From NCBI GenBank assembly GCA_963737155.1, contig CAVTRN010000002.1:2592001-2656000 (forward strand): a DNA stretch of 64,000 nucleotides, in the 5' to 3' direction. Below, piece after piece: positions 52,341 to 62,297 of this stretch; the first letter of the stretch is position 1, and every line of letters begins with the position of its first letter. A program made the position numbers and the translations under genes. The notes below the pieces were generated by a model. That model ran no database searches. It was not told where the DNA came from and saw nothing but the letters and a program-made list of their open reading frames with translations. This DNA is from Nitrospirota bacterium. GTDB taxonomy: Bacteria > Nitrospirota > UBA9217.

Positions 52341-54989
52341 TTAATCGCCTCCGAATTTGCGAACAAACCAGGTTTTAACATTGTGCGTCAATGTTACATA
52401 GGCCACGAGCGTCACTGTGAGCCATAGCCAGTACATGGCGGGGAGCCTTACGAAACCAAAATAATCCGCCAGCGGCGAATACGGCAGGATGATTCCCACG
52501 GCCATGACGATGAGCGTGGTCAGCGTCAGGGCGGCGCTGGCCCGGCTCTGAATAAACGGTATTCGATTGGTGCGAATAACATGCACAATGAGCGTCTGGG
52601 TCAGAATTGATTCGACAAACCACCCCGTGTGGAAAAGACTCTCATAGTAGACTTTGGAATTATTCGACACCCCCGGAAGGGAGTAACGCGCGCAGTAAAA
52701 AACAAAAAGCATGAGGGCATAAGTCGTGTAGTCGAATACCGAGCTGGTGGGACCGATATACAGCATGAACCTTTTGATACTGTCAATATTCCAACGGCGG
52801 GGTTTTTCCAAAAATTCGTCGTCCACCTTGTCCGTCGGGATGCCGGACTGGGAAAGATCGTACAGGAGGTTATTTACGAGCACCTGAATCGGGGCCATAG
52901 GAAGAAAAGGCAGGAATAGGCTGGCTCCGACGACACTGAACATATTGCCGAAATTGGAGCTTGCGCCCATTTTAATGTATTTGATGATGTTGCCGAATAC
53001 TTTACGACCCTCTATGGCCCCCTGTTCCAAAACGGAAAGGTCTTTTTCAAGGAGGATGATGTCTGCCGATTCCTTGGCCACATCGACAGCGGTATCCACG
53101 GAAATACCCACATCTGCGGCCCGCATAGCAGGCGCATCATTTATTCCATCCCCCAGAAATCCGACAACATGGCCGCCCCGATGCATGGCGCGAATGAGCT
53201 GCTCTTTCTGAAACGGCGATAAACGGGCAAACACGGTGGATTTTTCCGCTATCTCCGTCAGCTCATCATCGCTGAGGCCGATAAGCTGCGGACCGGTTAC
53301 AATTCCCTCAACTTCCAAGCCAACATCCCGGCACACTTTCCGCGTCACAAGCTCATTGTCCCCAGTGAGTATCTTAGTGGATACACCCACACGACGCAAT
53401 TCCGCCACTGCCTTGAGGGCGGAATCCTTCGGGGGATCAAAGAAGGCGACATAGCCTAAGAGTATCAAACCGGCTTCATTCAGAGCGGAAAATACCTGCT
53501 GGGTCTTGGGAAACTCACAGTACGCTATTGCCAGGACCCGGTATCCGTCCGCGCTCAGAGCCCGATACTCTTCCATTAGATCTTTTTTAAGCATCCCGAT
53601 GAGAGGATGAATTTCTTCATCAACCTGGTAGTGGTCGCAGACAGTGAACATTTCCTCCACTGCTCCCTTACAGATGAGCACATGGGCATCTTCATAATCG
53701 ATGATCACCGACATCCGTTTCCGCGAAAAGTCAAAAGGGATTTCGTCAACCTTCCGGCAGGTACGCTCGACATCAAGTTCTCCGTGTTCGAGGATGGCCC
53801 GGTCTAGCAAGTTGCGCAGGCCTGTCTGGTAATAGCTGTTCAGATATGCATAGCGAAGAACATCATCGCTTTGGCGGTTTGTTACATCGACATATTTTTC
53901 AAGTACGACGCGGTCCTGAGTAAGCGTGCCGGTCTTGTCCGTGCAGAATACGTCCATAGCTCCGAAGTTCTGAATGGCGTTGAGTCTCTTGACGATTACC
54001 TTCTTTCTTGACATCGCGAGCGCCCCTTTGGACAGATTGACCGTCACAATCATAGGGAGCATCTCCGGGGTAAGACCGACGGCTACGGCAAGGCCGAACA
54101 ACAGCGCCTCCATCCAGTTATGTTTCGTGATGCCAATAATGAGGAAAACCACCACCACCATTATGACCATGAAGCGAATCATCAGCCAAGTGAATGCATT
54201 AATTCCCTTGTCAAAATTTGTCAAGACGCGCAGGGAAGCAAGATTCTTTGAAATTGAACCGAAATATGTTCTGTTGCCTGTATTGACCACAAGCCCACGT
54301 GCGGACCCGCTTAGAACGTTGCTCCCCTGAAAGCAGGCATTTATTAATTCCAAAGCGTTCTGAGCGGACTTGGGTGCAGGGGCAGCCATTTTTTCGACAG
54401 GCATCGACTCCCCGGTAAGCACTGACTGGCTTACGAAAAAATCCTTGGTGCTCAGTAGGCGCAAATCGGCCGGAATCATGTCCCCTGCCGCCAGAATAAC
54501 GATATCACCGGGGACCAATTGGTCCATGAGAAGCTCTGTTTCTTTTCCCCCACGCAGCGCGACACAGGTCGTGCGCACCATAGCTTGAAGTTTTTCCACC
54601 GCGCGGCCCGCCCGTGATTCCTGATAGTAACCGAGCCCCACGCTCAGGAGGGCCATAGCGCCGACCATAATCGTCGCTCGGAGATCACCCATGGCGAAGG
54701 AGACCGCTGCGATGGCCAGAAGCTGAACAACAAGAGGGTTTTTACAGCGCTGATAAATTTCTCGAAGAAAACCCATTTTTTTGTGATTGGCAGTTGCATT
54801 CCAGCCGAAGCGTGTCCGCCGGTCATGCACCTCATCGGCGTCCAATCCCTGCTCTGATACGCCGGCCGCCGTAAGAGCCTCCTCCGGAGTGAGAGCACAG
54901 ATAGCGAGAAGATCCTGCTCGCCCTGAGTCATCTCAGTGGGCTTCGCTGTAAATTTTTTAGAAGAGATTTTCTGCATCATAGATAACAT
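52341..54989 (-). CDS. mgtA: Mg2+-importing P-type ATPase (P3B)
   Basis: AVGLTPEMLP, DKTGT, PFDF.RKRMS, SSNFGNMFS, NNLLYD and FHTGWFVES. The exact start is uncertain. Confidence 0.95.
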   Translation of the reverse strand: MLSMMQKISSKKFTAKPTEMTQGEQDLLAICALTPEEALTAAGVSEQGLDADEVHDRRTRFGWNATANHKKMGFLREIYQRCKNPLVVQLLAIAAVSFAMGDLRATIMVGAMALLSVGLGYYQESRAGRAVEKLQAMVRTTCVALRGGKETELLMDQLVPGDIVILAAGDMIPADLRLLSTKDFFVSQSVLTGESMPVEKMAAPAPKSAQNALELINACFQGSNVLSGSARGLVVNTGNRTYFGSISKNLASLRVLTNFDKGINAFTWLMIRFMVIMVVVVFLIIGITKHNWMEALLFGLAVAVGLTPEMLPMIVTVNLSKGALAMSRKKVIVKRLNAIQNFGAMDVFCTDKTGTLTQDRVVLEKYVDVTNRQSDDVLRYAYLNSYYQTGLRNLLDRAILEHGELDVERTCRKVDEIPFDFSRKRMSVIIDYEDAHVLICKGAVEEMFTVCDHYQVDEEIHPLIGMLKKDLMEEYRALSADGYRVLAIAYCEFPKTQQVFSALNEAGLILLGYVAFFDPPKDSALKAVAELRRVGVSTKILTGDNELVTRKVCRDVGLEVEGIVTGPQLIGLSDDELTEIAEKSTVFARLSPFQKEQLIRAMHRGGHVVGFLGDGINDAPAMRAADVGISVDTAVDVAKESADIILLEKDLSVLEQGAIEGRKVFGNIIKYIKMGASSNFGNMFSVVGASLFLPFLPMAPIQVLVNNLLYDLSQSGIPTDKVDDEFLEKPRRWNIDSIKRFMLYIGPTSSVFDYTTYALMLFVFYCARYSLPGVSNNSKVYYESLFHTGWFVESILTQTLIVHVIRTNRIPFIQSRASAALTLTTLIVMAVGIILPYSPLADYFGFVRLPAMYWLWLTVTLVAYVTLTHNVKTWFVRKFGGD

Positions 54990-55964
54990 CCTGAAAATTC
55001 TTGTTAATAAATCCGGATTGGGAACCTGGCGTTTACATGGTAATCTCCAATAATACAATTGTCAATCAGTGAATATCACGCATGCCTACCTGGAATGGAG
55101 TATTATGAAAAAAAACCATATATCACCCCTTACTTATTTGATCAGTCAATACACCGCGGCAAGCTAACGACGGAGTATAGGAGTATAAAGGAAGAGCGTT
55201 CAACTGAGAAACCTGCGGTTTCTCTTACTCTTCCCTCTGTAAAGTAACGCCGTATTGCAAACAACAATTTTAAGGCCAGTTCCTCCCAGGCCGGCCATGC
55301 AGCGTATACATGGTTCTTTCGCGATTACAGATAAATAAAAGAGCGCCGGGGGCAGCTTTCGGTGCTCTATCCTAACTTCCCTCACAAACACTCCCAGCCT
55401 TTTGAGCGGGATGACTAAGGTAACGGAAATTTAATGCAACCGTCATGTCCCTGTAAACTCATTGTCGTATTCTTTTAGATAAAAAGGAGGGGCTTTCTCA
55501 TGTTAAATGGGTAGTGATTGCAAGTTTGTTAAGTTTAGGTTGGAAAATCGATGGCATGAAATACCGTAAATCCAATGATTTTAAACTATCATCTGCATGC
55601 TTAAAAGGTACGTTAGACTACAGCAAGGCGGTCTACCCATTTGAGATGAGAAAGAACCAAAAAAGATTACATCAGCAGCTGCGATGGGCTCAATTTATTT
55701 TCCTACTCATTCTAATCACCGGAGGTGTCCAAGAATGGATCCGCGATATAGGGTTGAATATGTATGTCCGAATTGTGATAAGTCGTATCAGATTACCTGC
55801 CCGGAGGTCGTGGAATTATGCAGCTGCGGCGCTGAACTACAAAAAGCGTCGTAGAAGCCGGGCAACGAATGCGAGACACGGTCACTTCGTGACAGACAAT
55901 GCGTACCGACGCGACGCAGGTTAGTTCCCAGCATCTTTTCTATTAATCAGTAATCCCGCCAGTT

Positions 55965-56222
55965 TTAGAATTCACGGGAACGGCATCTCCTGCCTTCTAT
56001 ATCACAGGGCGACCTTGTGTCTTTTATCAACTCCTTGACTCGTTTGGTGACGAGCGCCGAGAGAAAGTGCTTGTTTCTCGCCGTCTTCATATAGTGTCTG
56101 AGAACCATCGCATAAAGAGTTTTAACGCTTTCCGTGGAATGATTTAGACTCTTCGCCAGATTCTCGACAGCAACCTGATGATTACGTTCCACAGAGTGAT
56201 CAAAAACCATCTTGTTGTTCAT
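55965..56222 (-). CDS. DUF3562-like small helical protein
   Basis: AVENLAKSL...VKTLY...ARNKHFLSALVTKRVKELI. It has an AAGGGG RBS and is a paralogue of 63760-63987. Confidence 0.65.
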   Translation of the reverse strand: MNNKMVFDHSVERNHQVAVENLAKSLNHSTESVKTLYAMVLRHYMKTARNKHFLSALVTKRVKELIKDTRSPCDIEGRRCRSREF

Positions 56223-56798
56223 GCCGTGCCCCTTCCTTCACTGGCCGGGGCCATCGAGTCTTATTCCGGCTAGTGATTGTAAACAACCGACATCAGAGCG
56301 CTGAATACGCCTTGCGCGGCTCTTGCCATACCCTGCGATATATATACATCGAAAAAACAGCATTTCCTCCGACACAGATATTTCAACATCCTAATAGAAT
56401 TCCGCCCACGCCCCTATTCAGCTTGATCCGACCCTTTTAAGCAGTAGAATCCTTTCCGACGACAAACCCCAACTGATCATGTCTATGACACTCCGTATGT
56501 CGTGGAGCGTGCGGCAACAATAATCCGATACGTTGTCAGTGCCGATCTTGGCAGGATTTCCTTCCATTAGGATCAGCATGCAATCTATGATCAAGAAACA
56601 GGCAGACGCCCAATGAGGATCCCGGCTACTGAATCGACGAACCAGCAATAAGTATAGCGAATTATGAGTGCTGTGCAGATAACGCCTGCAAAGCCGGAGT
56701 ATCGTTCATGATCTGACTGGTCTCATTTTTTTATTTCACACTACGCCTCGATCCTCAGCATGTCACAACCGCGCTTCTGAACAGCGCCTGACTTGCTG

Positions 56799-57998
56799 CT
56801 ATTCCTTGAGGAGAGCGGCCTTGTCCGTTAACTCCCAAGGGAGACCGATATCCATTCTCCCTACCTGTCCGTAAGCTGCGAGTTTGCGATAAAACCCACC
56901 CTTGACCTGGGACGGCAGATACCGCAGATTGAACTGACGAATGATCCCCGCCAGCCGAAAATCGAAATATTTCTCCACCAGGTCGGCTATCTTTTCATCG
57001 GGCATAACTCCGGTCCCGAAGGTTTCCACCTGCACGCTTACGGGACGCGAAAAACCGATTGAGTAGCTGAGCTGAATTTCGCAGGACGCAGCCAGTCCCG
57101 CCGCAATCACATTTTTCGCCGCATAACGCGCGGCGTAAGCCCCGGTCCGATCAATGCGTGAAGGGTCTTTGCCGGTCAGCGCGGACCCGCTGTGGCGTGA
57201 ATATTCTCCATAGGTATCAATCGCGTTTTTCCTTCCCGTGAGCCCCGAATGCACCGAGGGGCCGCCGTGGATGAAGGTGCCTTCCGGATTAACGAAAATT
57301 CTCGTTTTTTCGTCCGGCTTTATCAACTCGTCCTGGAAAGCCGTATTGATTACTGCCTCCTGGATATCATCAGAGAGCTTTTTCTCATTCGGTCCGCCTT
57401 TCTCCGAAGAGCGTTCCTGGCTTGCAATGACTGTAATGCTGTGAATGCGGGAGGGGCTGCCATTCCGGTATTCAACGCCCACTTGCGTTTTTCCGTCAGG
57501 CGCGAGATAGGGCAAGATTTTCTGGAGCCTTACTGCCGTTAGCCTTCGGGCAAGCCGGTTTGCGAGCCATATGGGAAGAGGCATGAATGCCGATGTCTGA
57601 TTGCAGGCGAAGCCGAAGACTGTAACCTGGTTCCGCACGAGGACCCGTTCGAGCTCGTCCTCCGCCATCGTCCGCTCATCGACAACTCTCCGAACGCTGT
57701 CAGGAAACTCCTTGAGGCTTGTTATTACGCTGCAGGTCTTGGAATTGAACGCCTGTTGATCATATCCGACCTGATTAATGACCTGACGGGCGATATTCGC
57801 GAAGTCGGCCCTGACAGGCGAAGAAAACCGCGCCGCGATAAATACGATGGCCGTTGCAACCGCGCATTCGGCGATAATTTTTGCAAAAGGGTCCTGCTGA
57901 AGGAAATGATCTACGATAGCATCGCTGATGACGTCACACAACTTGTCAGGATGGCCTTCCGTCACCGATTCCGAGGTAAACATGAAATCTTTTTTCAT
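56799..57998 (-). CDS. metK: Divergent S-adenosylmethionine synthetase (MetK) paralogue
   Basis: TSESVTEGHPDK, DGKTQV, GLTGRK, DTYG, GKD and AAYG are retained. GAGDQG, GEIT and GDxG are altered. Confidence 0.85.
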   Translation of the reverse strand: MKKDFMFTSESVTEGHPDKLCDVISDAIVDHFLQQDPFAKIIAECAVATAIVFIAARFSSPVRADFANIARQVINQVGYDQQAFNSKTCSVITSLKEFPDSVRRVVDERTMAEDELERVLVRNQVTVFGFACNQTSAFMPLPIWLANRLARRLTAVRLQKILPYLAPDGKTQVGVEYRNGSPSRIHSITVIASQERSSEKGGPNEKKLSDDIQEAVINTAFQDELIKPDEKTRIFVNPEGTFIHGGPSVHSGLTGRKNAIDTYGEYSRHSGSALTGKDPSRIDRTGAYAARYAAKNVIAAGLAASCEIQLSYSIGFSRPVSVQVETFGTGVMPDEKIADLVEKYFDFRLAGIIRQFNLRYLPSQVKGGFYRKLAAYGQVGRMDIGLPWELTDKAALLKE

Positions 57999-58163
57999 CT
58001 GAGATTGCCTTTCTCCAGAACTCTTCCCCCCTTGAGGAGGGAAAAATTCAAAGATAATGGTGAAGTCTCTCGAAAGCCGGACAATCTTTGATTTTCATTT
58101 CCCCCATGAACGCCGGTATAAGAGATTAGATGATACCTAATCCTCACTCTGCATTAGGCACGA

Positions 58164-61100
58164 TCACATAACCGCGTCTACCCGGAAGTTTTCCGGCACC
58201 CTGGTCGCGACCGGGGAATCGCTCTCCTTCGTCTGCTTCGTAATAGATCGTGTTTTTGTTCCTTCATTAATGAGAAGCGGCACAATCGCGCTCCCTATTG
58301 CGATTACGGCGTCCACCGGACCCATCGGGCTCAACCCGAGAAACTGGCGAAGGCCCGGGATGAACATGGTCGCAGTCTGGATCCCGAGGGAACCGGCAAG
58401 GGCCGCGGTAAGATACTTGTTCGTTGCAAGCTGGTCAGAACTGAATATGCTGTGGGTTTCGGAACGGCAGCTGATCGCGTGCAAAAGCTGTCCCGTACAG
58501 AGGCTCATGAAGGCCATGCTTCCCGCCTCAGCCCCCTGTCCATATCGTGTGAGTCCATAACCATAGGCCGCCAAGGACCCCGCGGAAATAGTGGAAGCCT
58601 CAAAAAGAATCCGCTTGAAGTCCCCAGATTTGATAATCGGTTCATTCGGATCGCGCGGAGGCCGGGACAGGATATCGGGCTCCGGTGGTTCAAGGGCGAG
58701 CGCCAGTCCGGGGAAAATATCCGAGATCAGGTTAATCCAGAGAAGCTGCATAACATTCAGCGGCTGTCCCATTCCGCCCGCCATCGCGGTAAACATCACT
58801 ATGATTTCGCTCATGTTTGTCGCAAGAAGGAACCGGACTGATTTTCTGATGTTGTTATAGACTGTTCGGCCCTGACTGATAGCGATCACCATGGTTTCAA
58901 GATTATCGTCCTCCAGGACGACATCTGCCACCTCTCTCGCCACATCGGTGCCTGTGTGACCCATGGCAATGCCAATATCGGCCGCTTTGAGCGCTGGTCC
59001 ATCGTTGATGCCGTCGCCAGTCATCGCCACAACCTTACCGGCTGATTGAAGCGCTTGGACGATCTGGAGTTTGTTTGCCGGGCTTACCCGGGCAAAGACT
59101 TGGACCCGTCCCGCAAGAGCCGACAAGACTTCCGGTTCCATCTGAGAAAGGTGGCTCGAATCCAAGATTTCCAGCTCTTCGTCCTTGTTCAGGTTGAGTT
59201 CCTTCCCGATAGCGTAGGCCGTTGTTCCCTGGTCGCCGGTAATCATAACCGTATCAATCCCCGCGCGATGAAAAGTCCCTATGAGGCCCTTTACGCCAGC
59301 GCGCACAACATCCGCCATGCCTACCAGCCCGACCCAGATAAGCCCTTCTTCAAAGTCGTCACCGTGGTTCAGCCCGACCTCATCGCCCAAGGCATAGCAG
59401 ACCGCGAGCACGCGGAGCGCATCACCGGCCATCCGTTCATTTTCCTTGTCCAGCATTTCGCGCGCACGGTCATCAAGAATAAGTCTTTCACCATCCCTGA
59501 GATACCATTTACACAGGGAGAGAACTTCGGAAGGACTTCCCTTGAGAGCCAGCAACCGCTGTCCCTCGTCGGCGCGATGAAGCGTGCTTACGTAAGGACG
59601 GTCTTCCGAGCGATGGTTGATTTTGATCAGCGAGTACTGAGACCGGAGCGCATTGACGTCGATGCCGGCCGCAAGCGCCATGTGCACCAGGGCATTTTCC
59701 GTTGAAGAACCCTGAACCGAATATTCTCCTTCCTGTCTCGATACTGTTGATTCATTGCAGAGAACTGACAGGTGGATAAGGCGGAGAAGTTCATCGTCAG
59801 AGTAGGGATTAACGGTCATACCGTCGGCGGAAATCCTACCGTCGGACACCGTAAAACAGCGCATGCCGGCATGGATCTCGACGACCGACATGCGGTTCAT
59901 GGTAATAGTCCCGGTTTTGTCAAGACAGATGGTCTGAACGGCCCCGAGAGCCTCCACGGCGTCAAGGTGACGAATAAGAACATTCAATTCCCGCATACGC
60001 CTGATTCCGAGCGCCAGCGTTGTCGTCGCTATGGTCGGCAGCCCCTCGGGAACAGCGGCAACAGCGAGTGCAATGGACGTTTTAAGCATTTGGAGAAAAC
60101 CATAGCCGCGCAGCAGTCCGATGATGAACACGATGCCGCATACCGCACCGCTGATGATGACTAGCTGAACGCCCATTCTGTCCATTTGCCGTTCCATGGG
60201 CGTCTCTGGAGGACGCGCTGTCTCCACAAGAGTCTGTATCTTTCCCATCTCCGTATAGCGACCTGTCGCCACAACGACAGCAAGGCCCTGCCCTCCCGTG
60301 ACGAGGGTGCCCATATACACCATGTTGGTTCGATCGCCAAGCGGGATATCGAACGCCTGAAGCTTTTCCCTTGTTTTCATGACCGGCATGCTCTCGCCGG
60401 TCAGCGCCGATTCGTCGACACTAAGATAGTTCAAGTCCAGGAGACGTGCGTCGGCGGCCACATAGCTGCCGGGCCTGAGCACGAGCAGATCTCCCGGCAC
60501 TACATCTTTGGCGTCGATATCCCGTAGTGTATTGCCGCGGATGACCGTTGACACCGGCCGCACAAGGCTCTTTAGCCCGTGAATAGTTTTTTCCGTCTGT
60601 CTTTCAGTCGTATACCCGATTGCGGCATTAATCATAACAACGCCAAGGATCACGGCAGCATCGGCGATACCACCCGTGAAGACGGATATGCCCGCGGCTA
60701 CCCCGAGAAGGCCGACGGGAAGGGATTTGAATTGGCCGAAGAAGATGCTCCACCCTGAGCGGGGCACCGATTCCGGCAAAAGGTTAGGACCGTATTGGGC
60801 TGCGCGCCTCAAAGCGGATTCTTGAGACAGACCTACTGAACTGGAAGCATCCCATTTATGCAAGACCTCTTGCTCTGTCATGCAGTGCCAAAGGTCTTCA
60901 GACTGTCCCTCAGCATGAACGACTTGCGACCTTACTTTTCGCAGGCTCGGATCTTTCCCCGCTGCTTGCGGATATGCCGGAGGCGCAACACCGAGGGCAA
61001 GCCGAGAATCGCGGTTGCGCGTGACAGTCGAACCAGAACCGGCGCGATGCGTCCCTTTCTCTATCCCACCTGCGGGAGAGTCCGTTGGGAGATTTTCAAC

Positions 61101-61328
61101 GATCGCTTTGAGGAGTCCGGCCATGACCGATTCATGATTGCCATTGCCGTTCTTCGTATCGTACAATATGAGAACCGAGCCCGTCAGAGTGTTGACGGAA
61201 ACATTGAGAACCCCTGCATACTGAACAAGACCTTGCTCAATACGCTTTTTCAATGATTCCGAACGATAAAGCCCCCTAACTTTATAACGGACACGCCCTT
61301 TAACCGCGGCATGAACGGTCTCAACCAC
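58164..61328 (-). CDS. Ca2+-type (P2A) P-type ATPase with N-terminal HMA2 domain
   Basis: N-terminal HAAVKGRVR...NTLTGSVLILY, then TGES, VAAVPEGL, DKTGT, GDGIND, TM5 ATNMSE and TM6 LWINLISD. Confidence 0.92.
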   Translation of the reverse strand: MVETVHAAVKGRVRYKVRGLYRSESLKKRIEQGLVQYAGVLNVSVNTLTGSVLILYDTKNGNGNHESVMAGLLKAIVENLPTDSPAGGIEKGTHRAGSGSTVTRNRDSRLALGVAPPAYPQAAGKDPSLRKVRSQVVHAEGQSEDLWHCMTEQEVLHKWDASSSVGLSQESALRRAAQYGPNLLPESVPRSGWSIFFGQFKSLPVGLLGVAAGISVFTGGIADAAVILGVVMINAAIGYTTERQTEKTIHGLKSLVRPVSTVIRGNTLRDIDAKDVVPGDLLVLRPGSYVAADARLLDLNYLSVDESALTGESMPVMKTREKLQAFDIPLGDRTNMVYMGTLVTGGQGLAVVVATGRYTEMGKIQTLVETARPPETPMERQMDRMGVQLVIISGAVCGIVFIIGLLRGYGFLQMLKTSIALAVAAVPEGLPTIATTTLALGIRRMRELNVLIRHLDAVEALGAVQTICLDKTGTITMNRMSVVEIHAGMRCFTVSDGRISADGMTVNPYSDDELLRLIHLSVLCNESTVSRQEGEYSVQGSSTENALVHMALAAGIDVNALRSQYSLIKINHRSEDRPYVSTLHRADEGQRLLALKGSPSEVLSLCKWYLRDGERLILDDRAREMLDKENERMAGDALRVLAVCYALGDEVGLNHGDDFEEGLIWVGLVGMADVVRAGVKGLIGTFHRAGIDTVMITGDQGTTAYAIGKELNLNKDEELEILDSSHLSQMEPEVLSALAGRVQVFARVSPANKLQIVQALQSAGKVVAMTGDGINDGPALKAADIGIAMGHTGTDVAREVADVVLEDDNLETMVIAISQGRTVYNNIRKSVRFLLATNMSEIIVMFTAMAGGMGQPLNVMQLLWINLISDIFPGLALALEPPEPDILSRPPRDPNEPIIKSGDFKRILFEASTISAGSLAAYGYGLTRYGQGAEAGSMAFMSLCTGQLLHAISCRSETHSIFSSDQLATNKYLTAALAGSLGIQTATMFIPGLRQFLGLSPMGPVDAVIAIGSAIVPLLINEGTKTRSITKQTKESDSPVATRVPENFRVDAVM

Positions 61329-61379
61329 GTATCTCCCCCCTTTCGGACACGAGAACCGATCTGGTGTATGCCACGATTC

Positions 61380-62120
61380 CTACGCGGGAGGCTTGGTTTT
61401 CGGAAGGGCTGTGCTGGCTACCTCCTTTACCCCTTCAACAACGCCGACTAGCATATCCTTTACCGCTTTGACTGCCGTGTTGCCGATCGCTGATGCGGCA
61501 TCAACTGCTCCTGTTACGGCGACCTTAGCCACTTCTTCGGCATTTCCCCCAACTTCCTTCGTGGCTTCAATCACGCCGTCCACAGCCCGACGAGCCACCA
61601 TCGCCACATCTGCGCCGACTTCAGCCGCCCCTTTAACAGCACCCCTAACGGTGGATCCCGCAACAGCGATCACATCGCCGCCCACATCGCTCACGCCCAT
61701 GACCACGCCTTTTGCGACGCTCTTGGTGCTCAAGATCAGGCCAGTGCCGACCTCCTCCGTTGCCTGAATGGCCCCCTTGATCACATCCTTTGTAATAACC
61801 ACCGCCTCGCCGGCAACGCTGCCAGTTGCACGAAGGGCATTGGATACGGTGTTCCGGACAAGGCTCACGATTTCTGCCTCTATCTCATTGATGCCCTTGA
61901 GACTGCTGACGACACCTTCCTTTACCGTAGTCCCCGCCTTGCCGATTTCCTCTGATGATGCCGGATTGCCTGTGGGCTCTGCGCTTGTCATTGGTAAGCC
62001 TCCTGTAATAGTAATATCCTCTGTAGTAGTAATTTCATCCTTTGACGATTGAATGCGCGGCCGTCGTGTCACAGTCGCTTTCCTTTTCGGTTTTTGCTTG
62101 TTGTCATTCATGTCTTTCAT
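61380..62120 (-). CDS. Gly/Ala/Val-rich protein with tandem 22-residue amphipathic repeats
   Basis: At least five in-register 22-mers (xGxxxxxxEVG...). An alternative start at 61991 has a GGAGG RBS. Confidence 0.8.
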   Translation of the reverse strand: MKDMNDNKQKPKRKATVTRRPRIQSSKDEITTTEDITITGGLPMTSAEPTGNPASSEEIGKAGTTVKEGVVSSLKGINEIEAEIVSLVRNTVSNALRATGSVAGEAVVITKDVIKGAIQATEEVGTGLILSTKSVAKGVVMGVSDVGGDVIAVAGSTVRGAVKGAAEVGADVAMVARRAVDGVIEATKEVGGNAEEVAKVAVTGAVDAASAIGNTAVKAVKDMLVGVVEGVKEVASTALPKTKPPA

Positions 62121-62297
62121 GTCTTTTCTCCTGGATCAATCCGAAAAAGTAAGGAGGGACTGCAAACACGGTATGCTAAAGACTTCTGAAGGCTTTCTTA
62201 GAAAATGAGAGTAAGTATCACAAGAATGTTTTCGTTAGGATCGAATGGAAAACCCCAACCGACCCCAAGCTCTCAAAAAGGCCATCTGCCCGCTCTG

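Noticed and set aside
55750-55765. AGGGTTGAATA match to the IS607 left end
   Set aside because: Similarity stops after 11 nt and no tnpA-like sequence follows.
56418-56648. 76-aa ORF between metK and DUF3562
   Set aside because: It has no convincing RBS or motif and cannot be supported as a gene.
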